Source: an uncultured virus (IMG/VR IMGVR_UViG_3300043256_000464)
Taxonomy: Duplodnaviria; Heunggongvirae; Uroviricota; Caudoviricetes
IMG/VR virus record: IMGVR_UViG_3300043256_000464
Reading direction: 5' to 3' (one strand)
DNA length: 56,095 nucleotides
Shown here piece by piece: positions 18,264 through 27,995 of the stretch. The notes beneath the pieces are model-generated. The model was given only the letters and a program-made list of their open reading frames with translations, did no database searches and was not told the DNA's origin. The position numbers were made by a program, and so were the translations under genes. Position 1 is the stretch's first letter. The number at the start of each line of letters is the position of its first letter.

Positions 18264-18680
18264 ATGAGCGCGTTTGTTCTCAACAACAACCAGATCAGCA
18301 AGATTGTTTCTTGGGTGACAGGGCTTAGAGCTTGGCAACGACACGCCTACACCTTGAAGCCGCTAGGTTATGCTAACAATGGACACGAATCTAAGAATGC
18401 GCTGGGCATTGACTTGCTAGCGATGAACCAAGATGCCGTGATGCAGCGGTATCCAGACTGCGATGCTACCGATCTACCAGGACCCATTAATCCTAAACCC
18501 TACGACTATGAGCCGTTAACTTGTGGCCTGTTCGAGGCTTACGATTTGATTGGCAGCTTCATTTACCAGTGCAGTGAGGGCAACGTTCCAGAATGCGACC
18601 TCTACAAAGCAGTAGAGGGTATCTACAATTCAATGGCGCATCGCCTAGCACGCTCTGTAATCGAGGGCGAATACAAATAG
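18264..18680 (+). CDS. Hypothetical phage protein
   Basis: GAGGAG RBS; L..MN..AV..RY and YQCSE motifs. Confidence 0.7.
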   Translation: MSAFVLNNNQISKIVSWVTGLRAWQRHAYTLKPLGYANNGHESKNALGIDLLAMNQDAVMQRYPDCDATDLPGPINPKPYDYEPLTCGLFEAYDLIGSFIYQCSEGNVPECDLYKAVEGIYNSMAHRLARSVIEGEYK

Positions 18681-18692
18681 GAGAAAACCATC

Positions 18693-19007
18693 ATGACAGA
18701 GCACACAGCGACCATCACAGAACACACAACTACGCCTTGGCGACTAATTAAAGATAAACCTAGGAGGCGCTTTCTTATTCAAGAGAATGAAGGGCGCAAT
18801 ATAGCCAGTATCTTTGATCGCGGATGGCGAGCTGAAGCCGATGCCCGTTTCATAGTGAAGGCATGCAATGAACGCGCAGAATTATTAGAAGCGCTTGAAA
18901 ACTTTATGGGCTGCATTGCCAGTGACGGAACTAAGTGTGCGCCTAACGATTCAGATTTTGAATTCGCGCGCTCCGTTCTCACCAAAGCACAAGAGGAGAC
19001 GAAATGA
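18693..19007 (+). CDS. Small phage protein, paralogue A
   Basis: HTTTPW...ADARFIVKACN..ELLEAL. Confidence 0.7.
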   Translation: MTEHTATITEHTTTPWRLIKDKPRRRFLIQENEGRNIASIFDRGWRAEADARFIVKACNERAELLEALENFMGCIASDGTKCAPNDSDFEFARSVLTKAQEETK

Positions 19008-19318
19008 CAGAGCATGCAGCTACACCTTGGCGCTACGAGCTTGTATCAGAATTCACTGAAGAAGGAGAAATAAATAAAGATTTCTTCATCATCATAAGTG
19101 AATCTACAAAATTGAAGAGAGTTGTAGCAGAGCTAGATATTTGGCCCGAACATGAAGCCAACGCCGCCTTCATAGTGAGGGCGTGTAACTGGTTTGATGA
19201 AGGCATGGAAGCATTACAAGATCTGGTGGCAGATTATGAAGAACTGGGCGGTGAGGCTTTCTTTGCAGATACTTATAAGAAAGCCCAAGCCGTTCTCGCC
19301 AAAGCACAGGAGGAGTAG
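19004..19318 (+). CDS. Small phage protein, paralogue B
   Basis: HAATPW...ANAAFIVRACN...MEAL. Confidence 0.7.
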   Translation: MTEHAATPWRYELVSEFTEEGEINKDFFIIISESTKLKRVVAELDIWPEHEANAAFIVRACNWFDEGMEALQDLVADYEELGGEAFFADTYKKAQAVLAKAQEE

Positions 19319-19319
19319 C

Positions 19320-19520
19320 ATGCAAGATAAACACGCATGCCCTAATTGTGGCGAGTTGCATGAAATCAAAGAAGCTCATTCTCAAGCTACGCGCCACGAA
19401 CCCAGCGCGTTCTTAGGTGAGTACATTTTATGCTTCAAAGGTACTGGAAATATGGGAGCTAAACGATATCATGCAGAGACAAAAGACAAGCGATTCAGAC
19501 ACAGGCGGATGTTGGTATAA
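19320..19520 (+). CDS. Small Zn-ribbon-like protein
   Basis: GGAGGAG RBS; CPNCG. Confidence 0.5.
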   Translation: MQDKHACPNCGELHEIKEAHSQATRHEPSAFLGEYILCFKGTGNMGAKRYHAETKDKRFRHRRMLV

Positions 19521-19528
19521 TTAAGACT

Positions 19529-19930
19529 ATGAGAAAAAGACGAATGATGAGCAAGGCTCAAATCCGAACCGCGGCAAAAGGATCAGCCGAAGGGGAGATT
19601 GACGCGAATCACGGAACGGTTGGGGTGGAGGAAGCTGCCAGGTTTCTTAGCTGGATGCGTGGTCCGCGCATTGTCGTTTCAATCAGCCCCCGCCGCGTCA
19701 GAGCATTCATCAATCCAGAATGCAATTGTGTCATCAGGAAGCGAAGACGAAAAATAAAGCCAACCCCTGATAAGAATTGCATCCATTGCAATGGAACTGG
19801 TCACATCGAGCAGCGCTTACGCGCCAGAAAAGACGGAAGCAGGGGGTACAGAATGATCCCTGACGATCTTTTTGAATTCGCTTCACACAGCAGACCAACT
19901 GGACGCCCTCCGGGTTCAACACTCTCTTAA
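19529..19930 (+). CDS. Basic, putative DNA-binding protein
   Basis: TGG-TATAAT 7 nt upstream; CIHC; C-terminal GRP. Confidence 0.55.
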   Translation: MRKRRMMSKAQIRTAAKGSAEGEIDANHGTVGVEEAARFLSWMRGPRIVVSISPRRVRAFINPECNCVIRKRRRKIKPTPDKNCIHCNGTGHIEQRLRARKDGSRGYRMIPDDLFEFASHSRPTGRPPGSTLS

Positions 19931-19942
19931 TCAATACAACCC

Positions 19943-21439
19943 ATGAACTCTACCGGTCTTTTGGTAGTTTCCTCTTCACATCAGATGCCTTTGGCGTCAG
20001 GTGTTTTTCATTCTTGCATTACATCGCCTCCCTACTTTGGACTCCGAAGTTATGAAGGCGATCAAGTTATTGAATGGCCTGCAGGACAATATACACCTAT
20101 GTCCGGACTCATTCCTATTCCTTTTCCTGGATGCTGGTCAGATTGCGAACATGAATGGATTACCCAAAAGGTTTACAGCACTAAAACCAGAAACGTCCGC
20201 TCAAGAGACGCATTCACCGAACCTGGCAAAGCCAACATTGAAAGACTCAAAAAATCGCGACGGACCGAACATTGCTGGTGTTCTAAATGCGGCGGCTGGA
20301 GAGGGGCCCTAGGAGCCGAACCGACCATCGAAATGTATATCGGCCACATGGTTCTGATCTGTCGCGAAATTCATCGTGTACTCAGGCCAGATGGAACGTT
20401 CTGGTTAAACATAGGAGATTCATACAACGGCTCGGGGGGAGCTGGCGGAGACTACAATCCAGGTGGAACAAGAGAGGGCCAACCAAGATATCCAGGACGC
20501 GATTTAACCGAACTCCAAACAGGTGATCTTATGATGATCCCGGCGCGGCTAGCTCTGGCACTGCAAGCCGATAGATGGATATTAAGAAACGACAACGTGT
20601 GGGCCAAACATCCAATGCCCGAACCAAGAAAGGGCTGGCGCTTCGAGAAGCCACCCTGCACTTGCATAACAGAAAAACGCGAGGCGCATATTGCCAGACA
20701 AATGGCTGAACAAGGAGTGGATCGACATCGGATCTACGATAAAGCAGGAACTAAATTCTCTCCTGATGAAGAGTGCCCTAAATGCAGAGGTTCTGGTCGT
20801 CAAGGAACTGAAATCTTCAAGCCAGAATCGTGGCGGCATACGCGAGGTCACGAAAACATTTTCCAATTTGTGAAGAAGATGAAATACTACTCAGACCACA
20901 CACGCGTAGCCACTGAAACGGGTGCCAACCCAAAGAGCATACTCAAAGCCGGGCGAACTAACTATTCTGGCAAACACTTTGCGGTATTTCCTCCTCATTT
21001 GATAGCGCCATTAATCCACGCATCTACACCTCGGCGATGCTGCTCAAAATGCGCCAAACCCTGGGCACCCATTATTGAATCGTCCGGAAGTGGCGGCGCG
21101 AGATCAATAGAAAATCGCAAGCATGTCTTACCAAAATACGGAAAGCAGGTTGGGAACACCGGAAAGAGCTGGGAGGATGTCGGCCAGTATAAAATCAAAA
21201 GTCACTTATCTGGATATCGCCCAACATGCGAACATGACGCAGAACCAAATCCAGGCCTCGTGATTGATCCCTTCATGGGCAGTGGAACAACCGGAATGGT
21301 AGCGCGTGAATTCGGTGTTAATTTCGTCGGTTTGGATATATCCTATGAATATCTAGATAAGCAAGCTACTATCAGGAGTCAAACTGGGCAGCCATCAAAA
21401 ATACTGAGCGGGTTGCCTTTATTCGAAGGAACCGAGTAA
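19943..21439 (+). CDS. DNA N4-C/N6-A methyltransferase (beta class) 1
   Basis: TSPPY, RVLRPDGTFWLNIGD, HFAVFP, DPFMGSGTT. Confidence 0.9.
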   Translation: MNSTGLLVVSSSHQMPLASGVFHSCITSPPYFGLRSYEGDQVIEWPAGQYTPMSGLIPIPFPGCWSDCEHEWITQKVYSTKTRNVRSRDAFTEPGKANIERLKKSRRTEHCWCSKCGGWRGALGAEPTIEMYIGHMVLICREIHRVLRPDGTFWLNIGDSYNGSGGAGGDYNPGGTREGQPRYPGRDLTELQTGDLMMIPARLALALQADRWILRNDNVWAKHPMPEPRKGWRFEKPPCTCITEKREAHIARQMAEQGVDRHRIYDKAGTKFSPDEECPKCRGSGRQGTEIFKPESWRHTRGHENIFQFVKKMKYYSDHTRVATETGANPKSILKAGRTNYSGKHFAVFPPHLIAPLIHASTPRRCCSKCAKPWAPIIESSGSGGARSIENRKHVLPKYGKQVGNTGKSWEDVGQYKIKSHLSGYRPTCEHDAEPNPGLVIDPFMGSGTTGMVAREFGVNFVGLDISYEYLDKQATIRSQTGQPSKILSGLPLFEGTE

Positions 21440-22927
21440 ATGTTGATTCAAGCCAATGCAAGCCGAATCCCGCTACCTGATCAATCGGTCCACTGTGCTG
21501 TAACTTCGCCACCCTACTTGGGTCTCCGAAAATATACAGGAGGTCAGGGCGATGAGCCCCTGGGCCTCGAAAAGACACCCGAGCAACACATCGATCGCAT
21601 CGTTGAAATCATGTCCGATGTCCGCCGAGTGCTTCGGGATGATGGGGTGCTGTGGCTGAACTATGGAGATTGCTATGGACACGGAACAACTGCGGGACGT
21701 ATCCCAGTTGATGGCCGAGACACATTGAATTCGGAGGCGCAAAACATTGGCCGTCACGGCGGTAGTGCAGGCAACCTCATGATGATGCCCCACCGCGTAG
21801 CCCTCGCCCTTCAAGCCGATGGCGCGGCAGATCCGAGGGCGATGAATGTAATTGACAAGCTCATCGCCCGACTCGAGGGAGCATACGATTCGTGGGATGC
21901 CGTACCGGATAAAGTTCGGGCGCAGATTGAAAAACTAGAACATGAATATCAAGATGCTCGTGTTGGCGGCTGGATCGTGCGGCAGGATCTTGTTTGGTAC
22001 AAGCGGAATCCGATGCCCGAGAGCGTGGCGGGGTGGAGATGGCAAAGAGAGCGCAAGAGAACTAGCAATGATCCGCGCAGAGAATACGCGCGTACTAATG
22101 AAAACAATGCTCAGCGCAAGCACGATGGACCGGAAAAGTTCGCCCAACCCGAATACGAATACGGCGACGATCTCGAACTCCGCCGCTCATCCTGGCGGCA
22201 TACGCGAGCTCACGAATATATTTTCATGCTGACAAAGAAAATGGGCTACTGGAGCAATCAGGAGGCTGTGAGGGAGGCCGCGACTATGCGACCCCAAGCG
22301 CGCTTTACTGACGGGCGTGGCGACAAATCGCTAGGCTATGCCGAGCATCGACAAGCATCTGGAGATACGGACCCCAACATTCAGCGCGGAGGCCGCAACC
22401 CCCGCTCTGTCCTCGACATCCCAACCGCACCCTACAAAGGCCCACACTCCGCGACGTTCCCGCCTAATCTCATCGCCCCGCTGATCCGCGCAACCTGTCC
22501 GCGCTGGGCATGTCCTGTCTGTGGGCAAGGATGGGCGGCGGTGGTGGAACAAGGAAAGCGAATTCAGGCCCATTGGGATGGAACGGAACAAGCGAAGATA
22601 AACACAGAGGGGGCGCGTGGTAAGCATGGAAAATCTAGCGTAATCGAAACCGGAAGCTATCAGACATATAAAGCTACTGGCTACCGCCCCACCTGCGACC
22701 ATCCTCACACACAGGATGAAGCCGTACCGGGAACGGTGTTCGATCCATTCGTAGGATCTGGCACTACGGTCATGGTCGCCCAGCAGCTATTGAGGCGCGG
22801 GATAGGACTGGACATTTCGATGCCGTACCTTGACGAACAAGCTAAAATCAGAACGCACACAGGACAACCCTCGAAAGTCCTAGATGGACTACCGCTCTTC
22901 GACAACATGGAGGAAGGTGAAGAATGA
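21440..22927 (+). CDS. DNA N4-C/N6-A methyltransferase (beta class) 2
   Basis: TSPPY, RVLRDDGVLWLNYGD, HSATFP, DPFVGSGTT. Confidence 0.9.
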   Translation: MLIQANASRIPLPDQSVHCAVTSPPYLGLRKYTGGQGDEPLGLEKTPEQHIDRIVEIMSDVRRVLRDDGVLWLNYGDCYGHGTTAGRIPVDGRDTLNSEAQNIGRHGGSAGNLMMMPHRVALALQADGAADPRAMNVIDKLIARLEGAYDSWDAVPDKVRAQIEKLEHEYQDARVGGWIVRQDLVWYKRNPMPESVAGWRWQRERKRTSNDPRREYARTNENNAQRKHDGPEKFAQPEYEYGDDLELRRSSWRHTRAHEYIFMLTKKMGYWSNQEAVREAATMRPQARFTDGRGDKSLGYAEHRQASGDTDPNIQRGGRNPRSVLDIPTAPYKGPHSATFPPNLIAPLIRATCPRWACPVCGQGWAAVVEQGKRIQAHWDGTEQAKINTEGARGKHGKSSVIETGSYQTYKATGYRPTCDHPHTQDEAVPGTVFDPFVGSGTTVMVAQQLLRRGIGLDISMPYLDEQAKIRTHTGQPSKVLDGLPLFDNMEEGEE

Positions 22928-23421
22928 GAGACGAGGAAATATTCCAAGAATGTGTCACGTTAGCTATGGAATCAAACTGCAAAAAACTCGGCTTCGGGGC
23001 CGTTCTTTATGATTGCGGTCAAGAAAAAATCATCGCCCGATGCAGCAACAATGCTATGAAACCATTCGAGTATTTATGCGATCCAGAATGCATCAGGGAC
23101 AGAATCCCATCACGAACTCAGTCCATGATAGGCGCATGCGCCCACGCGGAAGAACAATGCTTGTGGCTTGGTGCAGCCGTAGGCCTTGATCTATCAACGT
23201 GCGAAATCTACGTTCAGGGAGTCAACCTAAAAACCGGAGATCTATTGACCAAAACAGACGAAACCTTTACCTGTATCCGCTGTGCTACTCAGATGTACTT
23301 GGCCAAGCTGAAAGCAATCAACATCTGGCTTGAGGATGGATGGCTTTCAATTCCCACAGACATTGCATTGGTTCAATCATATGAATACGCCAGCGGAGCA
23401 TTGGAGGCAGATAGCGCATGA
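22924..23421 (+). CDS. dCMP/cytidine deaminase-like protein
   Basis: SNC...FGAVL, CAHAEE, TCIRC. Confidence 0.75.
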   Translation: MRDEEIFQECVTLAMESNCKKLGFGAVLYDCGQEKIIARCSNNAMKPFEYLCDPECIRDRIPSRTQSMIGACAHAEEQCLWLGAAVGLDLSTCEIYVQGVNLKTGDLLTKTDETFTCIRCATQMYLAKLKAINIWLEDGWLSIPTDIALVQSYEYASGALEADSA

Positions 23422-23645
23422 CAGAAAAAGAAAAACAAGAGGATCAAGCTACATTCCAAGCGACATTCCCCGGAACTCAGAATGCAATTGCTATGCACGG
23501 AGGCGGTGGAATGCGAATCATACTGGAGATCCCCGAGAGCGAAATGCCCAACGCAATTGACCTAATTGCCTGGAGAGATAGAAATCTGAAAGTGACCGTC
23601 GAGGTACTTCCTAAGCAACCTCCAATTGGTGGAAGCTGGCGTTAA
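23418..23645 (+). CDS. Hypothetical protein
   Basis: GGAGG RBS, ATGA overlap. Confidence 0.55.
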   Translation: MTEKEKQEDQATFQATFPGTQNAIAMHGGGGMRIILEIPESEMPNAIDLIAWRDRNLKVTVEVLPKQPPIGGSWR

Positions 23646-23652
23646 TTAAATG

Positions 23653-23682
23653 AAAAAGCCGGGACGCCAACCCCAGCTTTTT
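23653..23682. terminator. Bidirectional terminator between convergent blocks
   Basis: AAAAAGCCGGG..CCCAGCTTTTT. Confidence 0.7.
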
Positions 23683-23736
23683 CTATGGAGGAGAAGAAAA
23701 GAATGAACTTTTCTTCCACGTCAAATCATACCACAA

Positions 23737-25227
23737 TCAGAAATTCCAGCCAATCCCATCCTCGTAATGCTTCCGGGTCGACTCCCTGATTTCGTCTAAT
23801 CTGTCTCTGGCCTCATAGACTTTGCCATTGTAAACAGCCCTTCCATTGTTGATCGGAATGGGTATAACAATATGCTCAGGACGCCCATCGGTAAAGTATT
23901 CGATCATCCCAATCGCTTGCTGCCAATTTGCTTTATTGGACTTCCCAGCGCCAGGTACTATTCCATCAATCCGACACAAGCATCCCACTGACTGAACTGA
24001 TACGATTCTTGTACCCTTCTTTTCATGAATGGTTCGCGTTGCTGATTCGATCCGATGGATATGACCGATAATTCTGGTTTCGTTGACACTCTGGACCATG
24101 GCCGATACTGTCGCTCCTGATTTGTTGCGCGCTATCGACCCGTGTTCGCAAACAACATAGTCGTTTACCCAGCTTTCGCCATTCGGATAATCTCCAATCC
24201 ACTCGATATCGAGCTCGTGCAGCGCCAGGATGCGTGGAATACTCATTAATGGGGGAAGGTTCAAAGCATCGACAGAGCGCAGCCCAAAGGCTTCTTTCAT
24301 ATGTTCTATGAGTTGCTTGGGCATTCTTGCCTCGTGATTACCTTCCAGCAACTTTATCCTGGCCTCTGGATCGGCCATCCTAAATTGTGCAAGCCACCAT
24401 TTCCCTTCGATCGCAGCCGGTTGTGTGGTCCAGTAAAAATTAGGATCTCTTGAAAACTTGTCTGACCAATCAGCCAGGTCAAAGAAGTCTCCAAGCCAGC
24501 AAACATATTCCAATTCATAGTCCTGTGCTATTTGCAAAGCCACATCCAGAGCAGTACGATCATGGAAGGGTTCCAGCTTAGCAGTCCGTAGCGATTTCTT
24601 AAATCCGAATTGGGGGTCCGGAAGAGTAAGTCCGCGTTTCATTCCTTTCGGATCAACTTGCTTCGGTTTTGGCAACTTACCGACGATTTTTATACTTATA
24701 GGACTAATCACTGGTGAGATCTGAATCGGATCTTTGCGTACCAGCCAGACCTTGACCTGCCAGAGGTTTTCCACCTCGAAATACTCATCCCCCTTCACTC
24801 CGAATTTTCCAGCCACTTCCCACTTGTTTATAATGTGGCGTTCAATAATCCAGACATCCAGGTCAATCTCCGCTGCCTCAATCAAGTGCTCTAGTGTTTT
24901 GATCCTTCCACTGTGGGATTGAATGACCATGGTATTTTCTTTCTCTTCTCTTTCAATACCATGGCGAGATGGATCGGGGATCTTGGAGTTTTTCTTGGAA
25001 GGAATGTAAAAATCAGCAGGCGATTTGCGTTCTAGAATCTGACCTTTTTTCTTAAACAGTTTGCGCAATCTGCTAAGCTTTTTGGCAATTGAGCACTCGC
25101 TGCGATTAAGATCGTGAGCAATCTCTTCGACCGTCTTTCCTGTTTCAGTATAAAGTTCAATGAGCTTAAGCGTGTCTTGACCAAATTCGTTGGGGACATC
25201 TCCCCAGTCTCCGCGTTTAATAGGCAA
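23737..25227 (-). CDS. HTH plus calcineurin-like metallophosphoesterase
   Basis: N-terminal HTH; PDPQ, GDFFD, GNHE, EHG, GHIHR. Confidence 0.8.
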   Translation of the reverse strand: MPIKRGDWGDVPNEFGQDTLKLIELYTETGKTVEEIAHDLNRSECSIAKKLSRLRKLFKKKGQILERKSPADFYIPSKKNSKIPDPSRHGIEREEKENTMVIQSHSGRIKTLEHLIEAAEIDLDVWIIERHIINKWEVAGKFGVKGDEYFEVENLWQVKVWLVRKDPIQISPVISPISIKIVGKLPKPKQVDPKGMKRGLTLPDPQFGFKKSLRTAKLEPFHDRTALDVALQIAQDYELEYVCWLGDFFDLADWSDKFSRDPNFYWTTQPAAIEGKWWLAQFRMADPEARIKLLEGNHEARMPKQLIEHMKEAFGLRSVDALNLPPLMSIPRILALHELDIEWIGDYPNGESWVNDYVVCEHGSIARNKSGATVSAMVQSVNETRIIGHIHRIESATRTIHEKKGTRIVSVQSVGCLCRIDGIVPGAGKSNKANWQQAIGMIEYFTDGRPEHIVIPIPINNGRAVYNGKVYEARDRLDEIRESTRKHYEDGIGWNF

Positions 25228-25316
25228 AGGTCTTCCCCTCCAAGGGATCTCGACTAGCTTAATTATAGCGGTTTTAGGCTATTTAGGCACAAGCTTTGCA
25301 CCCTGCTACAGAAGCG

Positions 25317-25643
25317 TCAGGATTCTGTTACCTTCCAAATCCTTGATCGTCTTCCGCTTCTCAGTTTAGCGAAATGCCCCGAGAACTCAACGTTGCCCAA
25401 TCGACAAAGCTCCTTGCGTCGCGTGCGTGCGCCCGAAGGAGAAATGCGATAACTGTTTTCAGTGAGATTCAAAAAAATGTCCTGATCGCATGAAGGCCCA
25501 TTGGCTTTCAAAGACAGAAGAACCGCTTTCTGATCCTCAGTTAGCTTCAATCCACTAAGAGATTCTGCAGCTTCATGGCTTGTTTCCGGATCGGTCCTGC
25601 GAGCTCTAGCACGACTGTCTGAAAACATCCTCATCTGATCCAT
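25317..25643 (-). CDS. Winged-helix phage protein
   Basis: ARRTDPETSHEAA...RTRRKEL...G. Confidence 0.65.
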   Translation of the reverse strand: MDQMRMFSDSRARARRTDPETSHEAAESLSGLKLTEDQKAVLLSLKANGPSCDQDIFLNLTENSYRISPSGARTRRKELCRLGNVEFSGHFAKLRSGRRSRIWKVTES

Positions 25644-25645
25644 GT

Positions 25646-26044
25646 TTAATTTTCCTTCCTTGATGCCTTCAGTGCAGCCCTACAAACAGCGAGCTGGAAA
25701 GTATCAGCACGTATACTCTCCACCTCCACTGTCCAATTGGGATCGTAGTATTTATTAAGTTGAACCTGAGCACCGTGAATATCTACGCCAATATCCACAT
25801 AGAATTCTTGACGTAACTTTTCAACAACCTCCCACGCCGCCGCTATATCGTGGTCTGGATACCACTGCGGACCAAGATCAGGAAGTAGGTACATGTGCTC
25901 GCCCTTATCAGTAATAACGTGCGCGGGCAAATCACCCGCTCCCTTCCCGACCTCCCATCCCATAACATCCTTCGCAACCCACCCCCTCAAACACGGTGAA
26001 GGTTGATGATCGTCAATCGATGTGTCACAATATGGACAATTCAA
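25646..26044 (-). CDS. Phage ABA-sandwich-like protein
   Basis: VA..VMGW...DIAAAWEVVEKL...LAVCRAALKA. Confidence 0.7.
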   Translation of the reverse strand: MNCPYCDTSIDDHQPSPCLRGWVAKDVMGWEVGKGAGDLPAHVITDKGEHMYLLPDLGPQWYPDHDIAAAWEVVEKLRQEFYVDIGVDIHGAQVQLNKYYDPNWTVEVESIRADTFQLAVCRAALKASRKEN

Positions 26045-26241
26045 CTCTTTGTCTCCAATTGTTCTTCCAGCCGACGCAATACCGATTTGGACATATTTGC
26101 ACGCAGAATTTTATTCTCGCGTTCGAGATCGGCGATGTGCTTGTCTTTTTTCAGCAACGATCCACAAACACAATCACATTCGCTTAAAGGCGCGCCGTCT
26201 AACTTGGTCGAACACCATTCGTCATGAATATATTCATTCAT
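26041..26241 (-). CDS. Hypothetical protein
   Basis: H...C...CDC then coiled coil; stop overlaps the next start. Confidence 0.5.
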   Translation of the reverse strand: MNEYIHDEWCSTKLDGAPLSECDCVCGSLLKKDKHIADLERENKILRANMSKSVLRRLEEQLETKS

Positions 26242-26378
26242 CAAATCACACCTAGCAACCACAGAATGAAAAGCACCGCTGCAGCCGGAACCACCACCCA
26301 TATACCATAAATGGACAAAGCGATGACAGCGGCGAGCAGGTTGATGAGTGCTACCCTCAGAAAGCTAATCACAAGAAG

Positions 26379-26786
26379 TCAACCATCCTCCATCTCCTTC
26401 GTCTTGCGATCCGCTTTCTCGCTATTCAGCGACAGAAGAATCCCGTATTTCGCGCGGAGATCCTCTACTGAAGTGACGCGCATGGCTCTGCAGATGTATG
26501 CGCCATAATGTTTCGCGGTCCATTTGCTGATTTCCATAGCCTCACCAACTTCATGATGAGCCATCCCTTTCAAAAGCAGGGGTGCCGCTTCTTGCTTTCT
26601 AGGCGACAGCGAATCTAATCCTTTCTCCCACTCATGCCGCAGTATTTCAACATATATTCCTTGTCTGACTAGGTGCGGAATTAGGTCTAGTCCCATTCCA
26701 AGCTCACGGTTTAGTGCATTGATCAGCTCACGTAATTCCGAATCCAACTTGCAAGGAACGGTGACATCATTATGAGTCAAAATCAT
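26379..26786 (-). CDS. LuxR-type HTH regulator
   Basis: LSPRKQE...LLKG....EVGEAMEISKWTAKHY. Confidence 0.7.
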   Translation of the reverse strand: MILTHNDVTVPCKLDSELRELINALNRELGMGLDLIPHLVRQGIYVEILRHEWEKGLDSLSPRKQEAAPLLLKGMAHHEVGEAMEISKWTAKHYGAYICRAMRVTSVEDLRAKYGILLSLNSEKADRKTKEMEDG

Positions 26787-27073
26787 GTTATAGCGTCATC
26801 TTCGCTTTTTTCCAGTGCGTCGGCGTAGTTCTCGCATACCTTCGACGGTCTTGCTTTCATCGGGTAGCCATTACGATTGGCACAGTTATAGCAATGTTCA
26901 CCCCGCACTATTGAAATCTCCAACCAGTTCTTGCAATTCTCAACTTCAACACTCTGTTCCTCGACAGCATTGAGACGGCGTTCTATTTCTGGTGCTTCCA
27001 GATGTTCAGGACATCCAGTACACAACGCTGCCAGTTCATCAAAATCAATGCGAAACGCGTGCCTATGTGCCAT
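26783..27073 (-). CDS. Hypothetical protein (ERRLNA family)
   Basis: EIERRLNA. Confidence 0.6.
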   Translation of the reverse strand: MAHRHAFRIDFDELAALCTGCPEHLEAPEIERRLNAVEEQSVEVENCKNWLEISIVRGEHCYNCANRNGYPMKARPSKVCENYADALEKSEDDAIT

Positions 27074-27180
27074 CTTCTATCTCTTTCTCCAGTTCGGTGA
27101 TGATTTTCTTGAAAAGATAGCCAGCAATATTGAAGCCTATCAAGAAGCCCACGATAATGCCCATTGCAAATATTCGAGTC

Positions 27181-27441
27181 TCAGGACTCATCTTCTATCT
27201 CCTTCCTGGTGGACTCGGAGATGGCTTGCCATGCTTCATTTGCTGCTTTCCGCAACGGTGCAAGAACGGGGTTGAAGTCCACAACTGCCAGCTTCTCGGC
27301 GAAGTCTGCCCTAACATACCGCACCAGCGCATCACGTTCTGCAAGAAGTTGGCGCAAGTTGTGAGTATCGCCCATCGCCGCGTCGAAGAATGGTGTGCGC
27401 TCTAGCCGCAACCTGACTTCGTCAGCAGTCCATTCAGCCAT
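27181..27441 (-). CDS. Hypothetical protein
   Basis: GAAGGT RBS before ATG 27441. Confidence 0.5.
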   Translation of the reverse strand: MAEWTADEVRLRLERTPFFDAAMGDTHNLRQLLAERDALVRYVRADFAEKLAVVDFNPVLAPLRKAANEAWQAISESTRKEIEDES

Positions 27442-27709
27442 CTTTACCTTCCCGCATAGCGGCATAGGCATACATCTCTGCTAACATTTCCTCATCTCGT
27501 GACAGAGGGCCTCTATCTGACATGAAAACTTCATAGCCAGTGATCATTTGCTTTGCGGTTTCGGCACTCAAACACTCAATAGCATTGATGCGGCGTTCTA
27601 CTTCAGCTATTTCGAGTCTTTCATCACAGATGCCATCTGCTTCTTCTGCGCAATAAGCCCCAAACGTGCTGTCAAAGTGCCACTCATGCTTATGTGCCAT
27701 CTCCGTCAT
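27434..27709 (-). CDS. Hypothetical protein (ERRLNA family)
   Basis: EVERRINA. Confidence 0.6.
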   Translation of the reverse strand: MTEMAHKHEWHFDSTFGAYCAEEADGICDERLEIAEVERRINAIECLSAETAKQMITGYEVFMSDRGPLSRDEEMLAEMYAYAAMREGKDG

Positions 27710-27978
27710 CCAATTTCCGCGATAGCGCGCGTTAGGGCATTCCTGAGCCGTTCTACTTCTTTCAAATTCAGGACTATATCATCGGTATATGGATGTCCTT
27801 TTTTCAAGATATGCCAGATGTGCTGGATCTTGTGCCGCCAATCATAAAAGCGTCCACCTGGTTGCACGGCCCACATTGACAAGAAGATCATCTTGTCTTC
27901 ATCGTCAGGCCAGTAAGACAAAACAACTGCTTCGGCACCGCATTCGCAAGGAATGAACTCGCGTATTTCTTTATCCAT
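27706..27978 (-). CDS. Hypothetical protein
   Basis: Coupled ORF; CECG. Confidence 0.6.
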   Translation of the reverse strand: MDKEIREFIPCECGAEAVVLSYWPDDEDKMIFLSMWAVQPGGRFYDWRHKIQHIWHILKKGHPYTDDIVLNLKEVERLRNALTRAIAEIG

Positions 27979-27995
27979 CCTTCTACTTTGTTCTC

